Of a DNA stretch of 64,000 bases, positions 14,301 through 29,213 are shown one piece after another. The position numbers were made by a program, and so were the translations under genes. This DNA comes from Paraspadella gotoi (taxonomy: Eukaryota > Animalia > Chaetognatha), in the NCBI GenBank assembly GCA_051294375.1, contig CM119266.1, positions 4,951,770 through 5,015,769 of the forward strand, read 5' to 3'. How positions within the stretch are numbered: position 1 is the stretch's first letter; each line of letters opens with the position of its first letter. The notes beneath the pieces are model-generated. The model saw only the letters and a program-made list of their open reading frames with translations. It had not been told where the DNA came from and searched no databases.

Positions 14301-17300
14301 TTAAATTTTATAATCAATTTAAGTTGCATGGATTTTTTGATATTTTTATCAAGATTGGAATCACCTTAGTCGCTAAACGACTGTGTAATTCGATTACAAA
14401 CTCAACTCGTTGAAGGATTAATTATTAATTAAGACCTAATCTAAGTCTCATTTATCGATCTCTGGTCCCCGGGATTAATCATTAATTCTCTAATTTTTTT
14501 CGATCTTTTGATTTTCTCGATCGAGAATAAAAAAAACAAAAAAAAAACGACTTTTTTGTCTCTGGTTAATTTCACGGGGAAGGAATCTTTCTTTAAAAAA
14601 ATGGGGAACAAAGCGACCACTTTTTAGGAACGAAGTTTTCTTTTTTCCCTCCGCCTATTTTGAGTTATCGTTAACCCCCCCCCCTCCCTCATTCCAAACC
14701 TCCTCTCTCTCTTTTCCCCCCAACATTTTTGTCCCTCATTTTTTTTTAATAGTCAAAATATTTTTGGAAAAAAAAGTTGACGGGGTAGTGGAAAAAAATT
14801 ATTTTACGAGTTAGGTTTGAGTTTTCTTTGTTTATTGTTAAACTAAAGTTTTTAATTCGCTCGTTCGTTAAGTGCTTTTCATATAGTTTTTTGTTGTTTG
14901 GTTCCTTATTTTGTTGTCGGTTAGTTCTGTCGGTGATTTTAATTGGTTCTTACCTCCGAGTTTTTACGTTTCGCTCCCTTAAAAACCATTTTTATTCGAG
15001 ACCAAAAAAAGGAACAAAACAATAAATTTATAAAGAGAAATTTTGTCTCCCGTTGATTTTTAAAGTTGAAAGAAAAAACTCGTTTTTCGAAGGCAGAAAA
15101 TGAGAACCAGTCTTTTTCAAGGACCCGATTTTTGCCCGTTATCATTAATCGATGCAGGAATAGATAAACTGTAGGATACTTTTAATAGTACTAGTATCAA
15201 ATTAGCTTTGATGCTTGATGTTTATACAAATAGATCAGTAGTAAACTCTACAGATTGATAATTTTTTTCCTTTTGATGAATATATAATTTTCTAAAGGAA
15301 CTAATAATGAAAAACGTCAAAAAATAAATAAATGATATGAAGTGTTTGTTTGTTTGTTTATACGTTGGAGTGTTTGTGTATAATGTACCATTGTACATTG
15401 TTCTTTCTAAAATTTACCCTTATTAATCTGCCATAGCAGTAGACAGTATAGCATTTCATTCACAGGCTGACAGTATGAATTTAAGGTCTCCTTTGACATA
15501 ATGATACAAAACACTAGTATTTAGGGAGGAAAACAATTTATTTGTTTTGTTACATTGCAATTTCCAGATGAGTCTGATCATGGGCATCATCACCATCTGC
15601 GTTCGGATGGACGTGCTCTCCGTTTTCTACGGTTGCATCATCATGGTGATGCTCTTGCTGCAGCGAAGACAAGTTGCTGTAATTTGGCCTTTCTTTCTAG
15701 TCATTCTCGCAGTCCTCATTCCTATACAAGTAAGTCGCTTATAATTTTGAAAAATCAATTGTGAGAGCGAAATAAAAATAAATAATGAATATTTATTTAT
15801 CTTCTGGGTTGTGATTGACGATTTTTTTTCCAGACTTCATTTCTTTAATCTCATTTGTATATTGCAGTGTTTCTGAGGAAAGTAATATTTAGATTTTCTA
15901 CAAAATGTTTTGAAGGACTTTCATTAGAACTGGTTTTAATAAAGGACTATAGATTGAAATCGCAATTTTGGCGAGTGTCTTCAAAATGTCAGTGATTATT
16001 CTAAACGGATACGTTGTGAGATATAAGATTTTGAATTATTTAAAAATCTAAATCGTGAGATAGAAAATTGGTTGTTCCCCACCTCATTCATTTGATGTAT
16101 TGCAAGTCCATGGGTGTTGAATAAGTCTTTTGATGAAGTAGGATTGTGGGAGCGGGATTACCGTTCTCAAATTCCTATGAATATTATTTTAATTCCCTTA
16201 TCACCTTAACAGCAATTAAGAATTTTGTTAGTAATATAGTCCTGTAATCAAGTTCATTCTATACTTTTTAGAAAAAAAATTTCTATTTTTATATAATATA
16301 ATCGACGGCGCCTCACCTTACCTCCCCTTTCCCAGTACCTCACCTGCCTGGGCCTGCCCGCCTGCCTCTGCTTGCCCTACCCGTGGGCGATGAACCGCAG
16401 CACCGACATGGACGACACGCTGCGTGATTGGCTTTTCTTTCCCAAATACGACGAAGAGATTTCTTTCCCTCAATCTCCTGACCCGAATAAACTCGTCGCT
16501 GACTTTTTCTTGTTTCTATTCGTCTGCCTTCAGTGGAAAGGTAAGGCCAAGTGGGTGAGGTTTTAAAAGGTTCATCCCGTCAATGGACTTTGGTTCCTTC
16601 AGTTGTGACTACGGGGGAGGTATGAGCTTGAGCTCATGACCAATGTTTGATCAGAGGAACGGTCAATTATTGTTCTCAATCTGTGCATTGTCTAGCTCAG
16701 GTGAAAACCTGCGAAGGAAATAATAATTGGTCTTAAGAAAATGGGGAAATATGGTATAGATGGAAACTGTCCTAAGGAGATGATGGAACTGACCTTTACA
16801 GATGAGAGATGGCATCGGATAATGATAAATTGTTTAATGAATTTAAAATGATTATAAATTAATAAAGTTTTATAGATTTACAAGCCACTTCTTTTTAATT
16901 TCGAAATTTATAAATTCTAAAATATGAAAAGAATTTCGGCGAAAGCCCGCCAATCGTGAGTACGACAATGTCTGGAAAAAACCGAAAAGTTCGGCGAAAA
17001 CGAAGACGACTTGTAAGTGAGCACAGTGATTAGTTCACTGTGAAATCAATGTTAAAAGATTTTTTAAAGTGTGATTATTATTATTATTATTATTATTTTA
17101 AAACGTATTTACAAAATGACCTATAATGACTCTTCATGAGAATTAAACGCGGTGATGGATTACAATTTCGTTGTCTTTGTCAATGAATGTTGATTATCAT
17201 TATCATTATCATAATTGTCATCACTTTCTTGTCATCAGTTTTCGGGATGGAGAAACTCGGGACTAATCCAGGCGGAGGATCCAATTACCCAACAAAGTGG

Positions 17301-17784
17301 TGAGTCAATTTGCGATCAATGACAAACTGAATGAATATTGACTAAGGAGGCGTAAAATTTGATGACAAAAATGTTAATGCGACTGACGATTTAATGTTAA
17401 ACTTAAATACTATAGTTTTTCTTATGCAAATTATTAAAGTAAAGTAATAAGTACGATAAACATAGAAAATAATTTCAAACAATATAAACAATTGCTGTAG
17501 ACATTTGTCGAAAAGGTGAGTATTACTCCTGACGCCACGCCCACTTTTTCCCGCAGCCGTCACCGCGTTCGTCACCGCACTCGCGTCCCGCCGACGGACG
17601 TCAGCGTCTCTGAAGAACGACGCCAGGAGGTGAGGGGGTTGTTGTTGCTGTAGTGGTTGCTGTAGTAGTTACTGTAGTAGTTTGCTGTAGTAGTTGATTT
17701 TTTTGTTGTTTTGGTTATTTCAACGGTAGTGATTCTTTCACAATTTATAAGATTTAAACCTGAACTGATGTCGATTTTCAGGCT

Positions 17785-17876
<92 letters not shown>

Positions 17877-17954
17877 TTCTGATGTAAATTATTCCAAAAT
17901 TTCCAAAATCTAAACTAGAGATGAAAAACATAAATCGGAAATATTCTCTTCTCA

Positions 17955-18010
<56 letters not shown>

Positions 18011-19674
18011 TTTCTTTCCTTCCCAAACTCGTGGGTTTCCGTCGGAACCCATTAACCGCTACAGCGCTACACCCGCTACACCGCCTTTCGCGAAAACCGA
18101 CCCGTTATTCGCGAATTTAGTTGGGATTTAATCACCCTATAAATTCCTTTAACGAGACTCGAACTCACACGACGGCCAAAACCTAGGGAATTTCTCCCAG
18201 TTTTCTCTCTCTGTCTCTCTCTCTGTCTCGCTATCTCTTTGTCTCCTAGCACCAAGGTGCTGCCAAGGCGGAGGCCATGATAAAATTATTATCTCTCAAC
18301 TTGTTTTCATTCCCCCGCTCTCTGTTAGACTCCTGTTGTTTTACAAGTTATTTTAACAATGAAATTTAATATTAATAGTGTATGTATACACAACGGCGTT
18401 ATTTTTAATCCTTTTCCTTTTCCCCTCGTCCTTTCCTTTCCCCCTCGTCTTTTCCTTTCCTTGCTCCTTTCTTTCTTATTCCTACCTCCCCCCAACCGTT
18501 TTCCTATTTCCCTTTCCCCATTCCCCCGCTCCCATTTCCTCCTTCTCTCTACGCCGCTCCTCCTCCAGGATCGAGAGGACGGGCGACTTCTTCAACATTC
18601 CTCGTCAACTCAGGACATCCCCAGCGCTATGCGACCTTCGCCTTCCAACGTGGTGACAATAGAAAATAGAAAAAAAATTTATAAGATTTTAAAAAAAAAT
18701 TCAAAAGTTGAATAAATAATAACTAATTTAATATTACTATATTTTAAATATTTTTTTATTATTTTCTTATATCAATTTTTTCAAGGAAGACAATTGGTGG
18801 TCACAACTTTTAAAAATATTGCTAAAAAAAGTTTTTATTTATCACTGAAATATTTATTTCAAACTTTCACTCAACCCTCATTATGAGGGGATTTCCAGAC
18901 AAAAGCCAGGATTATTTATCAATTATTCAATTAAAATAAATTAAATTTTCCAGTCACAGACGGAGGAATCGAACATTCACAGAGATTTTATCACGAATCC
19001 GACTTCGTATCTCGACATCGTTCTCATGATCGCTTTTTGGTAAGTAAATCTTCGGGTAAGTCTATTATCATTTTAAGTGTCGCGCTCTTCGGTTGTACGT
19101 AGCCATCGTTAAAAATTAAATCTTATATATTTCCAATTTAATCTATTTTACCCAATGGACACGGTTATCAAAATTGTATAGAGCGCCAAGTACTCTAGGA
19201 TTTATTAAATTACTACCCTTGTCCCTTCCCGCCCCCCCATTTCCTCCAGGTACGGGTTCTGGGCGATCCTTGCTATCGTCTACATGACCGGAGTCTCACG
19301 TACATCAATCTTCTGTCTCGGTTATCTCCTACTTTGTTTCTTCTTTCTCTGGTACGGACAAGAGTTTCTGCTCAAACCGCACAACACCATGGTGAAAATG
19401 TAAGTACAATTTTCGATTTTTTAAAATTTTTTTATTAAATTAGAACCAAAAGGATGTTATGTATATGTACAAATAACGAATGTATTTTCTTTTGTGAAAC
19501 GGAAATTGTAAAAAAAAATAGTAATAAAGACACATGGCGATAAGCTACTGTAGCGCGAAATGTAAACGGCTGCGAATTTTCTTCAAAACTTTTTTATGAA
19601 CATAAATTATCGTTTTGTGCGTTTTGTTTATCAACAAATAATACTACACATTAGAAATCACGTATCGGAACGAA

Positions 19675-19721
<47 letters not shown>

Positions 19722-22700
19722 TGAATGAGTCTTTGCAAGTTGTGAGTCTTTGACGGAATTTGAGTTTCAAACGAAGTTGGCTTGGCAGACGAACTTCCTT
19801 GTGGATTGACAATCGTAACTCGTCCAAATTCGGTCGTAGTTGTAGTAGAGGAGACAGCGGTAAGGCCGCTTTTCCTTGGGGGGGGAGGGGGTAGGTTAGG
19901 GTAAGGGGCGGAGAATTAGAAATTGGTTTCTCTATAAATATGATCTTATAATTATTTTCGCTTTTAACTCTTCAAAATTAAATATAAATAGGTATTTTTT
20001 TTATCTTTTTTCGACTTTCGTACCATTTTATGTTAACTAACTTGAGCTCAAATTGATTCTAATAAAATTTAAATAGATTAAAAACAATTTTTAAACTAAC
20101 CTTATGCTGCTCTCCCCAGTTTTGATAATCGAAGTTTTCCCGCGAATGCTGCCACGCCCACCGTCCCAACTCGGTCTGACCCACGGGATCGATCCGCTGA
20201 CCTCCGAGCCACCAGGACTCCGTGCTCATCCAGTGGCGCATTTCCGATATGAGAAACGCGTTCTCTTCGTGGGTCTTGGGTTCAGCTAGGAATCCGCCTT
20301 CGTTTTGACAATAATTCTGTTCGGGTTAACGAGAGAACGTTGTTGAGAATTTAAATGGACGGACTGACGGACAGACGGAATATTATTACGAATGAAATTG
20401 GTTCAAACAATATAAAATCTATTCATTTAATAAATAAGCTATCTTGCCCTGGACTTTAGACAGGCCTCCATCACATAGCAGGACTCTGCAAGCCTTCAAT
20501 CAAAACTATCTCACAGACTCACATAATTGAGATTATGCACAGTGTGGCTAGTACACAAGACACAGCTGATAATTTTTATCATTTTTCGAGGCAAACAACT
20601 GGAAAGCTTAACGCGACTGGATTTTAACTTATTTGTTTCAACTTTTAATGTCGTTAAATTCAATTAATACTTGGCTCTAAAACCATATTTATTGAATAAT
20701 GAGAGAATAAAAATCACGGGTCAACTCGCCACGATTTCGTCCGGCTGCTCGGTCGCCCGGTCGCCCGGCGACCGAGAAAAAAAAAACTCCCCTCTTTCAT
20801 CAATTAATTTCCGGGACGATAGAAAACGAACCTGGGCTTCGTTCCAATCTTTGGCGATCCCGGGGAATAAGTAACACGTTTTAAGTCCGATGTGAGCGAC
20901 ATAACTGATTTTGGAGAAAAAGAAAAATAAGGGTGAGGGTTTCAATAAAACTGGGAACCATGTATACTCTCTCTCTGTCCCTCTCTTAATTATTATGAGA
21001 AGAACTAGTATGTAAAATATCGCCTAAAGCAGTTGGACAAAAAATATTTCAATTTTCACAAAAGTCTTAACCCTATTATCAATTGTAAATGAAGTTTTCA
21101 CACACACCTGTAGTTGGGACACCTCAGTCTCTCCACGTCGACGACCTCTTCCAACGCTCGGAGAGACTCCGTCGACGCCTTCGTGGAATTCTCCAAGTTT
21201 TCGCTGAATCGAGTCAAGATTCGCCTGAATTCATGAATGTGGTTAATGAATATAAGAATTTGGATTCTGAAAATCGTTACAAAACCATAATTAGTAGCTT
21301 CCGAACGTTGGAATAGCAATGTAAACTATCAACGTGCTCGCTACATTGAAGTTAGAATTTCGTTTGCTGTACCTCTCTCTCTCTCTCACCCCTACATACT
21401 GTTCACATGAGCTTTGATCATCTTCTCAATACTTCACCTTACCCTAACTTACTCTAATCGGTCGAAGCGTCTCGTCTTTGCTCCATCGCTGTTAACATGA
21501 GCTGCGATCATCTTTTCATTACTTTTAGCTTACCCTCACTTGTTCTAATCGGTCAAGGCATCTGGTTTTAGCTCCATCGCTGTTAACATGAGCTGTGATC
21601 ATCCTCTCAATACTTTTACCTTACCCTAACTTACTCTAATCGGTCGAGGCGTCTTGTCTTTGCTCCATCGCTGTTAACATGAGCTGCGATCATCTTTTCA
21701 ATTTCTTTCATTTTCTCCGCGAGGATGAAGTCCGCGGGATTCGAGCTGAAGAGCTCTTTGGCGTGATCGATGCGGAGAGACGGTGGAGCCTTCAGTTCTG
21801 GGCAAAAATATGAATTCATTATTTAATCATGACAAATGGATTTCGACGACTCAAGACCCCAACTTGATCATTAGTCTCAGCGACTGTCTGTCATAATCGA
21901 AAATCATAGAATCATTTGTTCAGTTTTCATCGGTAGTTTGCCTTATCTTTTTCTGCTGTAGACAGGTTTTTATTACTGTATTAATTAGACTACGGGTTAC
22001 AATCTTGAAAGATCGTCATTACCGGTTAATTAACTATTTATAACTAATATCTCGCCCACCGGTAAAGATAATCTATTCCTTAATCTCCCCAACATTTTCA
22101 AATCCCGACTCCTCTCAACCCCCCCCCCTCGCCTCCCCCCTCGCCACCCCCTCGCCACCCCCTTCGCCTCCCCCTTCGTCTCTTTCGTCGGGGAAATAAA
22201 AGCTAAGCGATTAATTAATGTTTACGAGAAAACGAGCATAAGAGTCGTTAGCTAAAGTCGGAAGCAAAGGAAAAAAATGCGGTGATTTTAGGCTATAAAA
22301 ACCTGAGAACTAGACCTGCGTTACCCCTTAATAACAACGTAACTTTCCGGTTTTAGAAATATTTTTTGGTTTGTCTCAGCCTTTCCTTTTATCATTATCG
22401 ACTGATTTCGGTAATTGTAATTATAAATGATGGGGAAATATCGGATATAATATACTCAAGTCTACTGCCCTTATTTTTTTTTACTTTAGATTATTATAGA
22501 TTATATAGATTATTATAGAATATTCATAATTTTCCAAAATGTTTCCATCTCTGGTTGAGAGTTAACGTTTCGGCTTAATGATTAGTTTAAGCGATAAGCG
22601 ATTAGGTTATGATTAGGAAAATGATTATAATTAGAATTAGGATTTTAGTTGGGGCGCTTCTAACCCCTAGTGACTCATTTATAACATAAACTAAAAGGGT

Positions 22701-24402
22701 CTTGATTCAAGAAAAAAGCTTCGAAAGCGTTTACACGCTGTGCTTAGCTAACTTCACGTAAGGTTTCTTTGACCTGCGCCTACATCTTTTAAAAAATCAG
22801 GGCATTTTGGGATTTCCCAAGGACGAAAGGAAATTTCTTCTGCCCTTCCCCGACCCTACAATCGACTTCTTAACCTCCCCCTTCAAGACCCCCCCACTTT
22901 ACCCCCCTTTCAACACCCCAAACCCCACGAACCCATCGTTTTCCCCTCTTCCTCCTCTTCTTCCTCTTCGCTCTTCTCTCTCTCCACGATTTTTTCCTTG
23001 GATGACGTCACCAGAATCGAAATGAGAATCAAAGTCATGACGACGAGAAGAAAAACCAGGAGGAGGATCAGCAGCCAATGAAGAGTCTTCCCGCTGCATT
23101 GGCGACGTTTTCCGCCGACAGAGAGGCATTCTGAGTAAAGTTAAGGGGGGGGGTTGAAAGGAAAGCTTTGTAAGGATTTTGTGTATTGGTTTTTAAAGTT
23201 ACCTCAGCTTATTTAAAAGAGAGAGAGAGAAAAAAAATAAATATACTAGTATGAAATAATGAGTTGAACATCTTGTACAAAGTCAAAAGCTTTCAAAAAT
23301 TATGAACTGAATACTTAAGATCTTAAGGATTACAAAATTAAGAAACACATAAATATTTATGAAGACGAATTTTAAATTATAGAAGCAAATTGAAATAGAA
23401 GTTTTTTAATTATTAAAAAAATTTAAACTAGCTAAAGGAAAAGAATTATTATTATTATAAAAATATTATATAAAATTTGACAGTTTATCAATATTCAATC
23501 ATGTTAATTATAATTTTTAAATATGATTATCTTTATCCAACCCCACCCTTCCCTTAAAATTACCCTTTTTCTCGACGAAGACTTCGACATCCTCGTCGCT
23601 GGATTTGCTGCCGCCCGACGCGGCGGCGCAGCTCCGCCGAGGCTCGACCAGCGGCGCCGCGTCGGCCAAACCGTTTCCGGTCTTTCCGGCGCCGTTGTTG
23701 TTATTGTTGTGGTGATGGTGGTGGCTCCCGGCGCCGACGTAGTGATTGGCCATGTTGTTGTTGTTGTTATTGTTATTCTTGTTGGATGCAAATCCACCGT
23801 CGTAGTCGTCGTCGTCGTCGTCGTCGTTTCCCTTCCGGAAGAAATCTTCCAGTTTGTTTATCTCTTCTCTTCGTAATTTGAATCTTTGGTCGTCGTCGTC
23901 GTCGTCGTCGTCGTCGTCTTTGTTTTGGCGAATGTTTACGTTTTTGTCGCAGTTAATTTGGCTGCCGTTTTCGATTTGCTGCTTGGGTTGGAGTTGCTGT
24001 TGATGTTGCTGCTGGGGTTGGAGTTGCTGTTGCGGTTGCTGCTGGGGTTGGAGTTGCTGTTGATGTTGCTGTTGAGATTGATCGTCTCGCAGATTGTCGT
24101 TTTGTTCTGGGAAATTCTGCTGATCCTGTTTAGGTTGCTTTTCTTGAAAATGCTGCAGTTTTAGGAAATGCTGCGGTTCTTCGAATTGATGTTGCTGCGA
24201 AGGGTGCTGTTGACGGAGTGGCGCGTCGACGCTTTTTAGTTGTGGCGGCGTCTCTGTTGTGAGAGGGAGAGGGAGAGAGATGCGCGTTTAGAGAATCGAA
24301 AATGAATTTTTTTTTTCAATATTGGACAAAAAGACTGAAGAAAAAAAAAGGGAAAAAAGTAGAGGAAATTAATTTCCGAAGAAAAAACAAGAGAAATTAA
24401 TT

Positions 24403-24443
<41 letters not shown>

Positions 24444-24822
24444 GTGATATTGAAAAAGGGACAACATAAAAGCGAAAATAAATCGGGAGATTTTTTTCTC
24501 TTTCCTCTTTAATTTTTTTCTTCTCCGCTTTTTTTTCGTTTTCTTTTCTATTTTTAATTTTCTCTCCGCGAGATGTCGTGGCTAAGAATCTCCCGACTTG
24601 AGGAATGAAACGCGATGTGGACTAACCTCCGCTTTTATGGAAACTCCACTTTTTGATCATCGGACGACGAACCAAGTTATGATCCAGATTTTTATGGCCG
24701 AGAATTATTTTTTTCTTTTCAAAAGACGCGGCGGATTAGGGATGAAGTCGAAGCGACGGATTAGGGATGAAGTCGACGCGGGGTTTCTGGCTAAAAAAAG
24801 GGGAGGAAGAGCGGTGAATGGG

Positions 24823-24866
<44 letters not shown>

Positions 24867-27317
24867 TCTATCGGCGTTAACGTCGAGAAAAGACCGAATC
24901 ACAGATTAATTATTCAACTCGGAAATTTTCTCTCTCCTAAGCCGAATGACCAATTAGATTTGTATTCAACTTTTTTATGCGAAATTCTTTGATTAATGAT
25001 CATTTCCGTCTGCAGTTACTTTTTAGTTTTTACAGTTAAAATTTTTTCTCTTCGATTTGTAACCGTAAAAATATAAAAATAATTTAAATTCTTTAAAAAT
25101 TAGGTAATAGGTTATCAAATAAATTTTTTGCTTTGATTTTAATGCATTTGAATTTACGCTGATTTTCATTTCTTTTATTCACTTATGTGCTAATGTCCGT
25201 CGTTTTGTACTGACCCAAATTAAAAAAACCCACCCAACATTGTCGTCGACGTCATCCCTAACTTTTTCGGGGTCTCCGATCTCTCGTTATTTTCACCGAT
25301 TTTTTCTGAGGTGAAAATTCGAGTCTCAAAAAATTCTCTTTTTTTTTTGCTCCCGAAAAATTTTTCCTTTTGTTTCCTTTTTTCTTTAGATTTTCGCTTT
25401 TCTCTTCTGTCAAAAGAGAGAGAGAGAGAGGAGAGAGAGGAGAGAGAGAGAGAGAGAGGGAAAGAGAGCGGGTCCAGATGTGGGAACGAACCCTGGGGGG
25501 AAAGAAAGAGAGAGACAGAGTGAAAGAGAAGAAGAGGAAGGAAGGAAGGAGAAAGTGAAAAGTGGATGGATGCCACAACGGAAGCCGTGAATAGGCGAAA
25601 AATAAAGGAAAAGAGAAGAAAAGAAAAGAAAAAAGGGAATTTAAAGGATTTGCCCAAATAAGGAAAGGTGGAGCATAAACTTTGAAAGAGAGATAAAGAC
25701 GCTGAGCTTGTTGCGACCTCGGTGCGGCGTGCGGTGCTGAGATGAAGAGCTTTGGCGCCGTGCTGTGAAGGTCGGGGGTTGTAATGTGAAGGGCTGTGTT
25801 GTTAAGTGCGGCGCGGTAAAGTTAGGTACGGTTTTGTGAAGGTCGGGGAAGTTTTGTGAAATGCGGGACAAAGTAAGGATCCGAGATGTTTCGTGCGGCG
25901 CCGTGTTTAAAATTATTTCTGCCGGCTACATCTTGCCGTCCTGTGTTGTGCAGTTGCAACATGGGACTTTCTATTAAAAGTTGAATTCGAAATTCGAAAT
26001 TAACATCCCTAATCAAGAAAAAAAATTAACTTGACGATCAAAAAAGGTAAAATAGAATGTTTTTTTATGTTTTGTGCCGGCAAAGACTCATTTTCATGTT
26101 TCTTTTTTCTAATCAAACCCAAAATGAATCGCTCCATCCTTTAATGTGAATTCTTTTTTTTTTCTCTTTCCAAAGTTTCCAGGCATCCCTTTGTTTTCTC
26201 CTTGCATGCTTCACCCTCTCTCTTTGAATAGGTTTCCCAAATCTTCTTTACGAGCCCAAGGATGAGTATAATACCTCCCAGACTTTTCAACCTGATTTTC
26301 TGCCTGGCTCTCCTACGTTTTCTAATTCTCTCGACTCGCGACTCTGTTCCCTCGCTTTTCTTTCTATATTCACTCTCACCGCCGCCTCTTTTTTTCTCCT
26401 TCCCCTTCATCCTTTTATCCTATTTCCCTCACACTTTCATTCACCTCTCTCTTTTTCTCTTCTCCTTTCTCCTCTCTAACTCTCTCTCTCTCTCTCTCTC
26501 TTCCCTCTCCTTCTCCTCTCTCTCTCTCTTCTCTCTCTCTCTTCTCTTTACTCCCATGTACTCCCATCTTCCTCCACAGACTCTTTCTCTCTACTTTTCT
26601 CCCTCATGACTCTCCCTACTCGTCTTCTGCATCCTGCCCCAACCCTCCTCTTCCCTCTCCACACCCCCCTCTCTCCATGCCAGTAGGCTTTCCCCTCCCG
26701 ACCCCCACTCCCTCGCTCGCTTCTTTCCTTCCCCTCTTCTCTTTCCCTCCCTCCTTCTCCCTCCGCTTCCCTCCCCCCCTCTCCCCCATTCCCTTCTCCT
26801 TCCCCCTCTTCACTTCTCTCCCTTCCTCCTCTCCCGCTTCACCCCGTCCTCTCTCCACCCCTCTTCCCCCTCCCAATTTTCTTTTCTTCTCAGCTCCCTC
26901 CGTCTCATTTTTGTTCCCGCGCTAGCATCGAATTCAAAACTAGCCTCGCCATCTCCCGCAGATTTTTTTTCCACCAACATGACCCACCTCATTTCAGAAA
27001 ACCGAGCATCAACGCAAGCGCGAAGTCATCAAATATCATTTCGTCAACTCGAGAAAGTACGAATAGTACGCGACTATAAGTTTTTGATTATTATTCCTAC
27101 TTTTCTGAAAATAAGGAATAATATGCAAATTATATTTAAAACGAGGCTTGTAAATAACAAATGATCAATCCTACGGTCAACTTCATCCCCCTTACTTCCT
27201 CTCGAAACCTCAAAAGAGTTAATTGCCAAAAAATCAATTTTCTTTTCTTCGTTTTTTTTTCTTCCTAAATTTGTAGAAAATAAAAATTCGCACAATTTTT
27301 TCTCCTTGATCTTTTCA

Positions 27318-27353
<36 letters not shown>

Positions 27354-27621
27354 CATTATGCAAATGGGGACGACGTTGTTAATTCTCTTCTCTCTTTTCC
27401 TTCTGCGTCTTGGACCGAACATGTGAAAACGGACGTCGGCATCGCCCGTTCCAAATCCGCCCGGCAGCCGCCCGTGCAGCAGTCGCGCGCGCCCGCTTTA
27501 CCGACGGAGCCGCCTGCCCGCCCGACGCCCCGCCAGCGGCCGCCCCCCTCGGCGAGAAGGTCGCCTCTGGTCCTCTTTAATTTAGAATTTCTTTCTATCA
27601 AGTCTTTGGCTGGAAGGGAGC

Positions 27622-27652
<31 letters not shown>

Positions 27653-27726
27653 GGAGAGACAAATTAAAGTATAACAAGCCACAACAACCAAAACAAGTAC
27701 GACGCAGAGAGCCGATAACAGACGAG

Positions 27727-27759
<33 letters not shown>

Positions 27760-28057
27760 CAAGCACATATTAAGACAAGACAGGTGGGAGAGGTGCGTAT
27801 GCGAAGTACAGCAGATACGTAAGAAGAGAAAGACAGGAGAACGAGTCGGTAGGGACGAAAAAAAGAGGAAGGAATCGCGTCGCATGAGAAATGCGAGAAC
27901 GCGACAAAAAATTCGATGCCCGGATATCAGAAAAAAATGTTGGAGAAAAAAGAAATTTCATTTTTTTCTTTTTCTTTTCTTTATTTGTGAATAGATTTGG
28001 CTTACATATTCATGGGCTGAAAACAAAGTTTGTATTAATTCGATTTTTGTGTCCCCT

Positions 28058-28099
<42 letters not shown>

Positions 28100-28656
28100 A
28101 CTGTGAGAATCACGGATGAAAAATGATTTCATTTTTTCGAAGTGACAACTTCATTCTCTTTTGGAAGCGGTTTTTGTGAAAATGGCAAAAAAACTGANNN
28201 NNNNNNNNNNNNNNNNNNNNNNNNNNNNNNNNNNNNNNNNNNNNNNNNNNNNNNNNNNNNNNNNNNNNNNNNNNNNNNNNNNNNNNNNNNNNNNNNNNNN
28301 NNNNNNNNNNNNNNNNNNNNNNNNNNNNNNNNNNNNNNNNNNNNNNNNNNNNNNNNNNNNNNNNNNNNNNNNNNNNNNNNNNNNNNNNNNNNNNNNNNNN
28401 NNNNNNNNNNNNNNNNNNNNNNNNNNNNNNNNNNNNNNNNNNNNNNNNNNNNNNNNNNNNNNNNNNNNNNNNNNNNNNNNNNNNNNCCATTGTTTTTTTG
28501 ACTTATTCAGTTCTTGAATTACAGTTTAGATTCGGTGGTTAAGAGACGAAAGAGAAATCTCTCTCTCTCTCGCTTTTTTTAGTTGGGAGGGGGTTTATCT
28601 CTTTCCCATATGTTGCTTTTCAAAACAATTCGTTTTTTTCATGTATTTTTTTTCAA

Positions 28657-28710
<54 letters not shown>

Positions 28711-29178
28711 ACACACATTCATCACTTTTTAAGCCGTTGAAAAACTATCACGATTTTTAGATGACAAAAAATAAATTTTCAATTTTCTCGCGAGTAAAAA
28801 TTTTCACACACAGTTTATTTTTCTGTCAAACATTCTTCCGGAGAATCGAATAACTGTGTACTACACAGTGTGTTGTCCATACAGTTTTATTTTAAAACAG
28901 TATAATTTACTGTTTTACCTTTTTTGTCGATGTTGACTGTCGTCGTTGGCATCGGTACCGCGTTTCCGTTTCCCGCCAAAACTTTTGTCTCTGTCTCTCT
29001 CTTTCTCGTTCGCGTAACGAAAAATGCGAAAAATGAAAATTCGTTTATGGAAGAAAAAAAAACAAGATTTTTAAACCGATTTTTTTTTTTTTTAGAAAAC
29101 TGTACAGAGCGGAGATTGAGCAGAATTCGGAGAACGAGAGGGAGAGATTGTTTGTGTGAGCGCAGGGAGAGGGAAAGA

Positions 29179-29213
<35 letters not shown>

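Noticed and set aside
23523-24164. + strand V/L-rich 'membrane protein' ORFs
   Set aside because: Antisense shadows of the Q/D/N-rich lectin exon.
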